Shown here: in pieces, positions 1 to 7,140 of the stretch | Layout: every line of letters begins with the position of its first letter | Position numbering within the stretch: the stretch's first letter is position 1 | Source of the DNA: a virus | Strand: one strand, 5' to 3' | DNA: 14,166 nt | UHGV virus genome: UHGV-0065581 | Notes under the pieces: model-generated | The model's database searches: none | Told to the model about the DNA's origin: nothing | Seen by the model: the letters and a program-made list of their open reading frames with translations, nothing else | Translations under genes and position numbers: made by a program

Positions 1-80
1 TGTTTGGGCTGCTGACATATCTGACTAACCTGTATTTCAAAATCAGAGAAGACAAGCGTAAGGCTGCACGGGGAGAGTAA
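1..80 (+). CDS. Pinholin (phage 21 S21-like class II holin), C-terminal end only; start lies upstream of the window
   Basis: Frame 3 is open from the window edge to TAA at 78-80 and reads FGLLTYLTNLYFKIREDKRKAARGE*. This matches my recollection of the charged C-terminal tail of S21-type pinholins, and a pinholin is the expected partner of the SAR endolysin downstream. Confidence 0.55.
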   Translation, partial: FGLLTYLTNLYFKIREDKRKAARGE

Positions 81-84
81 TTCA

Positions 85-436
85 ATGACTCAAAACTATG
101 AAGTGATTGTGAAAGGGATCCGCAATTTTGAGAATAAAGTTACGGTAACTTTAGCGTTACGGGACAAAAAAACGCTTTGACGGTGAAATTTTTGACCTGG
201 ACATCTCGCTGGACCGTGTTGAAGGTGCCGCGCTGGAGTTTTATGAGGCAGCAGCCAGAAGGAGCATCAGACAGGTCTTCCTGGATGTTGCTGCCGGGTT
301 ATGTGAAGGGGATGAGCAGTCGCCGGAAAAGCGCCCCGTAATTTTAGAGGCGCAGAATGTATGGATAACCTACAAAGGAAAGCTACCGGGAAGAATTACT
401 GGTTCTCTGAAGACTCCTCCGGAATCACAACCTTAA
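85..436 (+). pseudogene. YdfR-like (DUF1327-type) lysis-cassette accessory gene, split by a frameshift in an A7 run
   Basis: ATG at 85 follows a GGGGAGAG Shine-Dalgarno and reads MTQNYEVIVKGIRNFENKVTVTLALRDKKTL* (stop at 178-180). The +1 frame is open from 155 to TAA at 434-436 and reads RFDGEIFDLDISLDRVEGAALEFYEAAARRSIRQVFLDVAAGL...PESQP with no ATG/GTG/TTG. Removing one A from the run at 166-172 fuses the two into a single ~116-aa protein. The N-terminus resembles E. coli Qin prophage YdfR as I remember it. Confidence 0.6.
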
Positions 437-499
437 GTCACTGACCGGAACAGATAAACCTGTCCGTGGGCAGAAACCGATAAATCCTGATAAATATCC

Positions 500-1033
500 A
501 TGAACGCAAAAATCAGATACGGCCTGTCGGCTGCCGTTCTGGCACTGATTGCCGTCGGTGCGCCCGCGCCTGATATTCTCGACCAGTTTCTGGATGAAAA
601 AGAAGGTAACCACACAACGGCATACCGCGATGGGTCCGGCATCTGGACCATCTGTCGGGGTGCCACGATGGTGGATGGAAAACCCGTTTTTCCCGGTATG
701 AAACTGTCGAAGGAAAAATGCGACCAGGTCAACGCCATTGAGCGTGATAAGGCGCTGGCATGGGTGGAGCGCAATATTAAAGTACTACTGACCGAACCAC
801 AAAAAGCGGGTATAGCGTCATTCTGTCCCTATAACATTGGCCCCGGTAAGTGTTTCCCGTCGACGTTTTATAAGCGGCTGAATGCCGGTGATCGTAAGGG
901 CGCATGCGAGGCGATTCGCTGGTGGATAAAAGATGGTGGGCGCGATTGCCGCATACGTTCAAATAACTGCTATGGACAGGTTATTCGTCGTGACCAGGAA
1001 AGCGCATTAGCCTGTTGGGGGATAGAGCAGTGA
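500..1033 (+). CDS. SAR endolysin (phage lysozyme, T4-lysozyme-like glycoside hydrolase with N-terminal signal-anchor-release segment)
   Basis: 177-aa ORF. N-terminal weakly hydrophobic segment [18 protein letters not shown], then the catalytic signature [22 protein letters not shown] (Glu, 8 residues, Asp, 5 residues, Thr). Overall similarity to E. coli cryptic-prophage lysozymes (RrrD/RrrQ-like) from memory. Confidence 0.9.
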   Translation: MNAKIRYGLSAAVLALIAVGAPAPDILDQFLDEKEGNHTTAYRDGSGIWTICRGATMVDGKPVFPGMKLSKEKCDQVNAIERDKALAWVERNIKVLLTEPQKAGIASFCPYNIGPGKCFPSTFYKRLNAGDRKGACEAIRWWIKDGGRDCRIRSNNCYGQVIRRDQESALACWGIEQ

Positions 1034-1491
1034 GCAGAGTCGCCGCGATTATTTATGCTTTGGTTATCTGCATCATCGTCTGCCTGTCGTGGGCGGTCAA
1101 TCATTACCGTGATAACGCCATCGCCTACAAAGAACAGCGTGATAAAAAAGTCAGTGAGCTGAAGCAGTCGATCGCCACCATCGCTGACATGCAGCAGCGT
1201 CAGCGTGATGTTGCTGCACTCGATGCAAAGTACTCGAGAGAATTAGCCAATGCGAAAGCTGAAAATGAAACTCTGCGCGCTGATGTTGCCGCTGGTCGTC
1301 GTCGGTTGCACATCAAAGCAGTCTGTCAGTCAGTGCGTGAAGCCACCACCGCCTCCGGCGTGGATAATGCAACCAGCCCCCGACTGGCAGACACCGCTGA
1401 ACGGGATTATTTCACCCTCAGAGAGAGGCTGATCACTATGCAAAAACAACTGGAAGGAACCCAGAAGTATATTAATGAGCAGTGCAGATAG
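1030..1491 (+). CDS. Rz: Rz i-spanin (inner-membrane spanin subunit)
   Basis: From GTG at 1030, which overlaps the endolysin stop (GTGA), the ORF reads [29 protein letters not shown]... and ends ...QKYINEQCR, closely resembling lambda Rz (about 153 aa). One N-terminal TM helix followed by a coiled-coil periplasmic domain. The supplied ORF track starts the frame earlier, at 1015. Confidence 0.9.
   Translation: MSRVAAIIYALVICIIVCLSWAVNHYRDNAIAYKEQRDKKVSELKQSIATIADMQQRQRDVAALDAKYSRELANAKAENETLRADVAAGRRRLHIKAVCQSVREATTASGVDNATSPRLADTAERDYFTLRERLITMQKQLEGTQKYINEQCR
1250..1432 (+). CDS. Rz1: Rz1 o-spanin (outer-membrane lipoprotein), fully embedded in the +1 frame of Rz
   Basis: 60-aa [63 protein letters not shown] with lipobox LVVVGC and a proline-rich mature region; near-identical to lambda Rz1 from memory. 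An alternative start is the ATG at 1265. Confidence 0.85.
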   Translation: MRKLKMKLCALMLPLVVVGCTSKQSVSQCVKPPPPPAWIMQPAPDWQTPLNGIISPSERG

Positions 1492-1494
1492 AGC

Positions 1495-1512
1495 TGCCCA
1501 TATCGATGGGCA
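1495..1512. other. Short hairpin (TGCCCAT-atcg-ATGGGCA) between the convergent Rz and bor genes; possible bidirectional terminator or RNA end-protecting element
   Basis: 7-bp inverted repeat with a 4-nt loop read directly from the sequence, lying between the Rz stop (1489-1491) and the bor stop (1523-1525). No strong U-tract follows. Confidence 0.3.
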
Positions 1513-1522
1513 ACTCATGCAA

Positions 1523-1816
1523 TTATTGTGAGCAATACACACGCGCTTCCAGTGGAGTATAAATGCCTAAAGTAATAAAACCGAGAAATCCATTTACGAA
1601 TGTTTGCTGGGTTTCTGTTTTAACAACATTTTCTGCGCCGCCACAAATTTTGGCTGCATCAACAGTTTTCTCCTGTCCAATTCCCGAAACGAAGAAATGA
1701 TGGGTGATGGTTTCCTTTGGTGTTACTGCTGTCGGTTTGTTTCCAACAGTAAACGTCTGTTGAGCACATCCTGTAATAAGCATTGCCAGAGCGGCAGAAA
1801 ACAACATTTTTTTCAT
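1523..1816 (-). CDS. bor: Bor outer-membrane lipoprotein (lambda Bor / Iss family, serum-resistance associated)
   Basis: Minus-strand ORF. From the ATG at 1816-1814 it encodes 97 aa: MKKMLFSAALAMLITGCAQQTFTVGNKPTAVTPKETITHHFFVSGIGQEKTVDAAKICGGAENVVKTETQQTFVNGFLGFITLGIYTPLEARVYCSQ. Lipobox LITGC. Near-identical to lambda Bor from memory. The ORF track extends the frame 16 codons further upstream, to 1864. Confidence 0.9.
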   Translation of the reverse strand: MKKMLFSAALAMLITGCAQQTFTVGNKPTAVTPKETITHHFFVSGIGQEKTVDAAKICGGAENVVKTETQQTFVNGFLGFITLGIYTPLEARVYCSQ

Positions 1817-1996
1817 CTTATTATCCTGCATTGTTAAAAACGGCAGAATCCTATGTGACAACAATTAAACGATAGTTAAATGGATTGATGAAAATTAAAA
1901 CTATATAGGTGGATGCTCAGCCTATCGGAGGTAGTCAGGATTTGAATGTCAGTCTGTTGTCGGCATTCTGGCAATGCAATTTGGATAAAGCGGGGA

Positions 1997-2119
1997 TTAA
2001 AAAGATAGAGGCGAGCCGGTCAGGTAGAAATGAATCAGGCTCAAAGTGAAGCGGAAAAGGTCTGTGGCACAAGCTGATGCAGCCATAATTACAGCCTGAT
2101 GATTTGTGGAATGAAACAT
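1997..2119 (-). CDS. Hypothetical 40-aa protein with a consensus Shine-Dalgarno, in the bor-HNH intergenic pocket
   Basis: Minus-strand ATG at 2119-2117 is preceded by AAGGAGGT (complement of 2125-2132) with a 5-nt spacer. It reads MFHSTNHQAVIMAASACATDLFRFTLSLIHFYLTGSPLSF, stop TAA (complement of 1997-1999). It is below the 60-aa cut-off of the ORF track. The C-terminal half is hydrophobic. Confidence 0.35.
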   Translation of the reverse strand: MFHSTNHQAVIMAASACATDLFRFTLSLIHFYLTGSPLSF

Positions 2120-2200
2120 GTTGAACCTCCTTAATTGATGTTATTCGAGTGATGAAGGCATTCTGTCCTTCTATAGTGTCCAGTAAATCAAACAGGAAAC

Positions 2201-2220
2201 TTGTCCAACGTGTTGGACAA
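2201..2220. promoter_or_regulatory. Perfect palindrome TTGTCCAAC-gt-GTTGGACAA; candidate operator or protein-binding site
   Basis: 9-bp inverted repeat arms separated by 2 bp, read directly from the sequence. It sits in non-coding DNA about 120 bp upstream of the HNH start and about 80 bp upstream (minus-strand sense) of the small ORF at 2119. Confidence 0.4.
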
Positions 2221-2341
2221 GCCTCTCCATTAGTGAGTTGTATTGATCACAACTCTACAAAGAATTCATTACTGGGTAGATGAAAATAGTTTCACTATGA
2301 ATGGAGGAGGCTATGTCGGTGGCTTCTTCATTGGAGTACAT

Positions 2342-2692
2342 ATGCCCCCACGAATCCCACGCGCCTGCCGTAAGCGTGGATGTGCAGGTACAACCACAGA
2401 CAGTTCTGGTTACTGCGATAAACATCGTGGCGAAGGATGGGTACAGCATCAACGCGGACTGAGCCGCCACCAGCGTGGCTATGGCTCGAAATGGGATGCC
2501 ATACGTGCGCGCATACTGAAGCGTGATAATCATCTGTGTCAGAACTGCCTGCGCAATGGGAGAGCCGTTGAAGCCAGAACTGTGGACCACATCATTCCGA
2601 AAGCTCATGGTGGCACGGATGCAGACAGTAACCTGCAGAGTCTGTGCTGGCCCTGTCATAAAGCAAAAACAGCGCGCGAACGCATCAATTGA
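2342..2692 (+). CDS. HNH endonuclease, terminase-associated (HK97 gp74-like)
   Basis: From the ATG at 2342 (GGAG 5 nt upstream) it reads MPPRIPRACRKRGCAGTTTDSSGYCDKHRGEGW...DHIIPKAHGGTDADSNLQSLCWPCHKAKT, carrying a Cys-rich zinc-binding N-terminus and the H-N-H motif. It lies directly upstream of the small terminase. The ORF track starts at 2243, but that N-terminal extension has no good RBS and does not look like protein. Confidence 0.85.
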   Translation: MPPRIPRACRKRGCAGTTTDSSGYCDKHRGEGWVQHQRGLSRHQRGYGSKWDAIRARILKRDNHLCQNCLRNGRAVEARTVDHIIPKAHGGTDADSNLQSLCWPCHKAKTARERIN

Positions 2693-2839
2693 TAACAGTT
2701 CCCATCTGTAGGGGAGGGGCAGGTCAAATCTCTGCAACCCTGGCTGCTCAGTACCGCCGCCTGACCCTTCCTCACATCGCCGCAGGTTCGAAAACTTTTT
2801 TTGGAAATGTGAACAAACGATTGATAGGTAAGACCGATT

Positions 2840-3322
2840 ATGTCAGGACCTCCGAAAACCCCGCCACACCTGCATTTGATTCGAGGCAACCCCTCAAAGC
2901 GCCCCGTTAAAGACCACAAAAAAACCGCTAAAAAGGATGAAAAAGGTCTTCCTAAAATTCCGCAGCATTTAGGGGCTCAGGGGAAGTACTGGTTCAGGCG
3001 AATGGCGGAAGAGCTGAATGCGGAAGGGATCATTTCTCAGCTTGATGCGCGTGCGCTCGAGTTGCTGGTGGAAGCCTACACCGAATATCGGCATCACTGC
3101 GAAACACTCGATGTTGAGGGGTATACCTACCGCACGGAAACGCAGAGCGGTGATGTACTGATTAAGGCGCACCCCGCGGCGGCAATGAAAGCGGATGCCT
3201 GGAAGCGGATCCGGGCAATGCTTGCAGAGTTTGGTATGTCACCGGCAAGCCGGGCTAAAGTAAATATCGCCGGACCGGATGATGTTGATCCGCTGGCGGA
3301 GCTTTTAAAAGCGAGAGACTGA
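2840..3322 (+). CDS. terS: Terminase small subunit, P27 family
   Basis: 160-aa ORF with a basic, Pro-rich N-terminus (PPKTPPHLHLIRGNPSKRPVKD) and a C-terminus ending FGMSPASRAKVNIAG, typical of P27-family small terminases. Its stop overlaps the large-terminase start (TGATG). Confidence 0.85.
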   Translation: MSGPPKTPPHLHLIRGNPSKRPVKDHKKTAKKDEKGLPKIPQHLGAQGKYWFRRMAEELNAEGIISQLDARALELLVEAYTEYRHHCETLDVEGYTYRTETQSGDVLIKAHPAAAMKADAWKRIRAMLAEFGMSPASRAKVNIAGPDDVDPLAELLKARD

Positions 3323-5079
3323 TGGCAAAAGTGGCTGACGGGATCCGCTACGCCGAACGTGTTGTTGCAGGAGAAATTGTTGCTGGCGAATTTGTCCGCC
3401 TGGCCTGCCAGCGTTTTCTTGATGATCTGAAGTACGGCGAAAAGCGGGGGATTTATTTCAGTGAACCCCGTGCGCAGCACATCCTGAATTTCTACAAATT
3501 TGTGCCTCATGTAAAAGGGGCACTGGCAGGCCAGCCCATTGAGTTGATGGACTGGCATGTATTTATCCTCATTAATATTTTTGGTTTTGTCATTCCGCTG
3601 GTCAATGAAGAGACCGGGGAAGTTGTCATGCGCAGCGATGGCAGCGGACGTCCGGTGATGGTGCGCCGGTTCCGGACGGCGTACAACGAAGTCGCCCGTA
3701 AAAACGCAAAATCAACTCTGTCATCGGGTATCGGCCTGTATATGACGGGGGCAGATGGTGAAGGCGGAGCTGAGGTGTATTCAGCCGCAACCACGCGTGA
3801 CCAGGCCAGAATCGTGTTTGAAGACGCCAAAAATATGGTCAGAAAAGCCAGGTCGACACTCGGGCGGTTGTTTGATTTCAACAAGCTGGCGATTTACCAG
3901 GAGCAGAGCGCATCAAAATTTGAACCGCTTTCTTCGGATGCAAACAACCTGGATGGTCTGAACATCCACTGCGCCATTATTGATGAGCTGCATGCACATA
4001 AAACCCGTGACGTGTGGGACGTTCTGGAAACGGCAACCGGTGCCCGTCTGCAGTCCCTTTTATTTGGTATCACCACGGCAGGGTTTAACAAGGAAGGGAT
4101 TTGTTACGAGCAGCGTGATTACGCCATCAAGGTATTGCGTGGCTATAACAGCGACGTGGAGGGCGCTGTAAAAGACGACTCTTACTTTGCGATCATTTAC
4201 ACGCTTGATGAGGGAGATGATCCGTTTGATGAAACGGTCTGGCAGAAAGCGAATCCTGGCCTGGGCATCTGTAAACGCTGGGATGATCTGCGTCGTCTGG
4301 CGAAAAAAGCGAAAGAACAGGTCTCTGCGCGGGTGAATTTTTTTACCAAACACATGAATGTGTGGGTAACAGCAGAGTCTGCCTGGATGGACATGATTAA
4401 GTGGGAGAAGTGCGAATACATTGCCCCACGACATGAGCTGAAAACGTATCCCATGTGGGTCGGCGTTGACCTTGCTCATAAGATTGATATCTGTGCGGCG
4501 GCAAAACTCTGGCGAACGGATAACGGGCATGTTCATGCCGATTTTAAATTCTGGCTTCCGGAAGGACGGCTGGAACGATGCTCGCGGCAGCAGGCAGAAC
4601 TTTACCGGAAGTGGGCGGAGATGGATAAGCTGATTCTGACGGATGGTGATGTTATCGATCATGCTCAGATAAAAAGTGACTTACTGGAATGGATTGGTGG
4701 TGAAAACCTCAGGGAACTGGGATTTGACCCGTGGAGCGCAATGCAGTTCAGCCTGGCACTGGCTGAAGAAGGGATACCGCTGGTGGAGGTTCCGCAGACG
4801 GTCCGCAATCTGTCAGAGGCCATGAAGGAAACGGAATCACTGGTCTATGCCGGGCGTTTCCATCACAGCAATCATCCGGTCATGAACTGGATGATGTCTA
4901 ACGTTACGGTAAAACCGGACAAAAACGACAATATCTTCCCGAATAAATCCACGCTGGAAGCCAAAATCGACGGCCCTGTTGCGATGTTTACAGCAATGAG
5001 CCGGATGCTGGTCAATGGTGGTGAACCGGAGCTGGATCTGTCTGAACATCTGGTCAGCGTGGGCATCCGCTCGCTTTAA
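3322..5079 (+). CDS. terL: Terminase large subunit (ATPase and nuclease)
   Basis: 585-aa ORF immediately after terS, with a nucleotide-binding region near residue 100-130 (ARKNAKST) and an acidic nuclease-like C-terminal half. Size and position match the HK97-type large terminase. Confidence 0.9.
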   Translation: MAKVADGIRYAERVVAGEIVAGEFVRLACQRFLDDLKYGEKRGIYFSEPRAQHILNFYKFVPHVKGALAGQPIELMDWHVFILINIFGFVIPLVNEETGEVVMRSDGSGRPVMVRRFRTAYNEVARKNAKSTLSSGIGLYMTGADGEGGAEVYSAATTRDQARIVFEDAKNMVRKARSTLGRLFDFNKLAIYQEQSASKFEPLSSDANNLDGLNIHCAIIDELHAHKTRDVWDVLETATGARLQSLLFGITTAGFNKEGICYEQRDYAIKVLRGYNSDVEGAVKDDSYFAIIYTLDEGDDPFDETVWQKANPGLGICKRWDDLRRLAKKAKEQVSARVNFFTKHMNVWVTAESAWMDMIKWEKCEYIAPRHELKTYPMWVGVDLAHKIDICAAAKLWRTDNGHVHADFKFWLPEGRLERCSRQQAELYRKWAEMDKLILTDGDVIDHAQIKSDLLEWIGGENLRELGFDPWSAMQFSLALAEEGIPLVEVPQTVRNLSEAMKETESLVYAGRFHHSNHPVMNWMMSNVTVKPDKNDNIFPNKSTLEAKIDGPVAMFTAMSRMLVNGGEPELDLSEHLVSVGIRSL

Positions 5080-5090
5080 CCGAGGTCATT

Positions 5091-5291
5091 ATGTTTCTGA
5101 TAATTCTCGCGCCACTGGTGGGCGTGCTGGGTGCGCTTTTGCTGGCGTATGGTGCCCGGCGGGTTTTGTTGTTGCCGGGGTGCTGTGCCTGTTCTGGTCG
5201 TGGCTGGTGGCGCGATATCTCGACCGTACACAGCCGTCTGTCGGCGGAGGTAAATAGTGTTCTTTTCGGGATTATTTCAACGAAAAAGTGA
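5091..5291 (+). CDS. Hypothetical small hydrophobic protein between terL and portal; reading frame and extent uncertain
   Basis: ATG at 5091 with GAGG 5 nt upstream begins [24 protein letters not shown] (a TM-like helix). The -1 frame over 5150-5257 also encodes a TM-like segment ([32 protein letters not shown]) whose TAG stop overlaps the portal GTG start. See findings. Confidence 0.3.
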   Translation: MFLIILAPLVGVLGALLLAYGARRVLLLPGCCACSGRGWWRDISTVHSRLSAEVNSVLFGIISTKK

Positions 5292-6498
5292 CGCGCCGGT
5301 GACCACGCCAGCAGAGCTGGCGGATGCCATCGGGTTGTCTTACGACACCTATACCGGAAAGCAGATCAGCAGTCAGCGGGCCATGCGACTGACGGCGGTT
5401 TTTTCCTGCGTCAGAGTGCTGGCAGAGTCGGTCGGGATGTTGCCCTGCAATCTGTATCACCTGAACGGCAGCCTGAAACAGAGGGCCACCGGCGAACGTC
5501 TGCATAAGCTGATCTCCACGCATCCCAATGGCTATATGACGCCGCAGGAGTTCTGGGAGCTGGTGGTCACCTGTCTGTGCCTGAGGGGAAACTTTTACGC
5601 CTACAAAGTGAAAGCATTTGGCGAAGTGGCTGAACTGCTGCCCGTCGATCCCGGTTGTGTAGTACCGAAGCTTAACAGTCGCTGGGAACCGGTCTATCAG
5701 GTCACATTCCCGGACGGTTCCACGGATGTACTGAGCCAGGAAGATATCTGGCATGTGCGCACGCTGACGCTGGACGGTCTGGTGGGACTGAATCCCGTCG
5801 CCTATGCCCGCGAGGCAATATCGCTGGCAGCAGCGACCGAAGAGCACGGGGCCAGACTGTTCAGCAATGGTGCGGTGACGTCCGGTGTGTTGCGTACAGA
5901 ACAGACGCTGTCGGATCAGGCTTATGAGCGCCTGAAGAAAGATTTTGAAGAGCGTCACACCGGGCTTGGCAATGCTCACCGCCCGATGATCCTTGAGATG
6001 GGGCTGGACTGGAAGTCGATGGCGCTGAACGCCGAGGACAGCCAGTTCCTGGAAACCCGCAAGTTTCAGCTTGAAGAAATCTGTCGTCTGTTCCGGGTGC
6101 CGTTGCACATGGTGCAGAACACCGATCGCGCCACCTTCAACAATATCGAAGAGCTGGGGCTGGGATTTATCAACTATTCACTGGTGCCGTATCTGACCCG
6201 CATCGAACAGCGGATCAACACCGGACTGGTACGAAAAAGTAAGCAGGGCGTTTATTACGCCAAATTTAACGCCGGGGCGTTACTGCGCGGGGATATGAAG
6301 TCCCGTTTTGAAGCCTACGCCACCGGGATCAACTGGGGAATTTACTCTCCCAATGACTGCCGCGACCTGGAAGATATGAATCCGCGTCCCGGTGGGGATG
6401 TCTATCTCACACCGATGAACATGACCACGAAACCCTCCGATGGCAGTAAAGCCGGTAAGCAGAAGGATAACGCCAATGCAGACGAAACAACGTCTTGA
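5257..6498 (+). CDS. Portal protein, HK97 family
   Basis: 413-aa ORF from GTG at 5257 with GGAGG 6 nt upstream. Position after the large terminase, size and acidic C-terminus fit a portal protein. Confidence 0.88.
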   Translation: MFFSGLFQRKSDAPVTTPAELADAIGLSYDTYTGKQISSQRAMRLTAVFSCVRVLAESVGMLPCNLYHLNGSLKQRATGERLHKLISTHPNGYMTPQEFWELVVTCLCLRGNFYAYKVKAFGEVAELLPVDPGCVVPKLNSRWEPVYQVTFPDGSTDVLSQEDIWHVRTLTLDGLVGLNPVAYAREAISLAAATEEHGARLFSNGAVTSGVLRTEQTLSDQAYERLKKDFEERHTGLGNAHRPMILEMGLDWKSMALNAEDSQFLETRKFQLEEICRLFRVPLHMVQNTDRATFNNIEELGLGFINYSLVPYLTRIEQRINTGLVRKSKQGVYYAKFNAGALLRGDMKSRFEAYATGINWGIYSPNDCRDLEDMNPRPGGDVYLTPMNMTTKPSDGSKAGKQKDNANADETTS

Positions 6499-7126
6499 TG
6501 TACCGCTGAGTCTGAAATCTGTCAGTGACTCCGGTGAGTTTGAAGGGTATGGCTCCGTCTTTGGTGTAAAGGACAGCCACGATGATGTGGTGATGTCCGG
6601 GGCATTTGCTGCTTCCCTGCGGGCGTGGAGTGACAGAAAAGCGTTACCTGCGCTGCTCTGGCAGCACCGCATGGATGAACCCATCGGTGTTTACACCGAA
6701 ATGAAGGAAGACGATGTCGGGCTTTACGTCAGGGGACGGTTGCTTATTGATGATGATCCCCTCGCAAAACGCGCACATGCACACATGAAGGCCGGTTCGT
6801 TAACCGGCCTTTCTATTGGGTACGTCCTGAAAGACTGGGAATACGACCGGAGCAAAGAAGCCTTTCTGCTGAAAGAAATCGACCTCTGGGAAGTCAGCCT
6901 GGTGACGTTCCCGTCTAACGACGAGGCGCGGATCAGCGACGTCAAGAACGCACTGGCCCGCGGGGAAATCCCCGAACAGAAAAAAATCGAAAGAGTCCTG
7001 CGTGATGTCGGACTCTCCCGTACCCAGGCCAAAGCATTCATGGCCGGGGGCTATGGCGCACTGTCCCTGCGCGACGCTGAGGATGTGGGCTCTGCACTGA
7101 ATGCACTGAAAAATCTGAACTTCTAA
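6476..7126 (+). CDS. Prohead maturation protease, HK97 family
   Basis: The ORF track gives 6440-7126. The ATG at 6476 (AAGGA upstream) gives MQTKQRLDVPLSLKSVSDSGEFEGYGSVFGVKDSHDDVV..., a typical prohead-protease N-terminus. It overlaps the portal 3' end and precedes the capsid gene, which is the conserved HK97 gene order. Confidence 0.82.
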   Translation: MQTKQRLDVPLSLKSVSDSGEFEGYGSVFGVKDSHDDVVMSGAFAASLRAWSDRKALPALLWQHRMDEPIGVYTEMKEDDVGLYVRGRLLIDDDPLAKRAHAHMKAGSLTGLSIGYVLKDWEYDRSKEAFLLKEIDLWEVSLVTFPSNDEARISDVKNALARGEIPEQKKIERVLRDVGLSRTQAKAFMAGGYGALSLRDAEDVGSALNALKNLNF

Positions 7127-7140
7127 TCAGGAGAAATACG

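Noticed and set aside
433-774. 113-aa and 62-aa minus-strand ORFs overlapping the endolysin start
   Set aside because: Antisense to the endolysin gene and spanning its promoter-proximal region; no supporting features.
1015-1029. Upstream start for Rz at 1015 given by the ORF track
   Set aside because: Lambda-type Rz begins MSRV..., which corresponds to the GTG at 1030 overlapping the endolysin stop; the extra MGDRA residues are probably not translated.
2243-2341. N-terminal extension of the HNH ORF (MITTLQRIHYWVDENSFTMNGGGYVGGFFIGVH) and an out-of-frame ATG at 2313 with a GGAGG RBS
   Set aside because: HK97-type HNH proteins start with the Cys-rich MPxR...C motif, which begins at 2342 with its own RBS. 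The extension lies in the AT-rich pocket and does not look like protein; the 2313 ORF overlaps HNH out of frame.
2770-2805. GGTTCGAAA motif resembling a tRNA T-loop
   Set aside because: No flanking complementary stems to form a T-arm or acceptor stem; no cloverleaf could be built by eye.
3127-3558. 143-aa minus-strand ORF spanning the terS/terL junction
   Set aside because: Antisense to two tightly coupled terminase genes; no independent support.
4060-4662. 200-aa minus-strand ORF inside the large terminase gene
   Set aside because: Antisense to terL, which has strong family features; Arg/Pro-rich translation typical of spurious antisense frames.
5272-6108. 278-aa minus-strand ORF inside the portal gene
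   Set aside because: Entirely antisense to a well-supported portal gene; no RBS noted and sequence looks low-complexity. Long antisense ORFs are common opposite GC-biased coding sequence.
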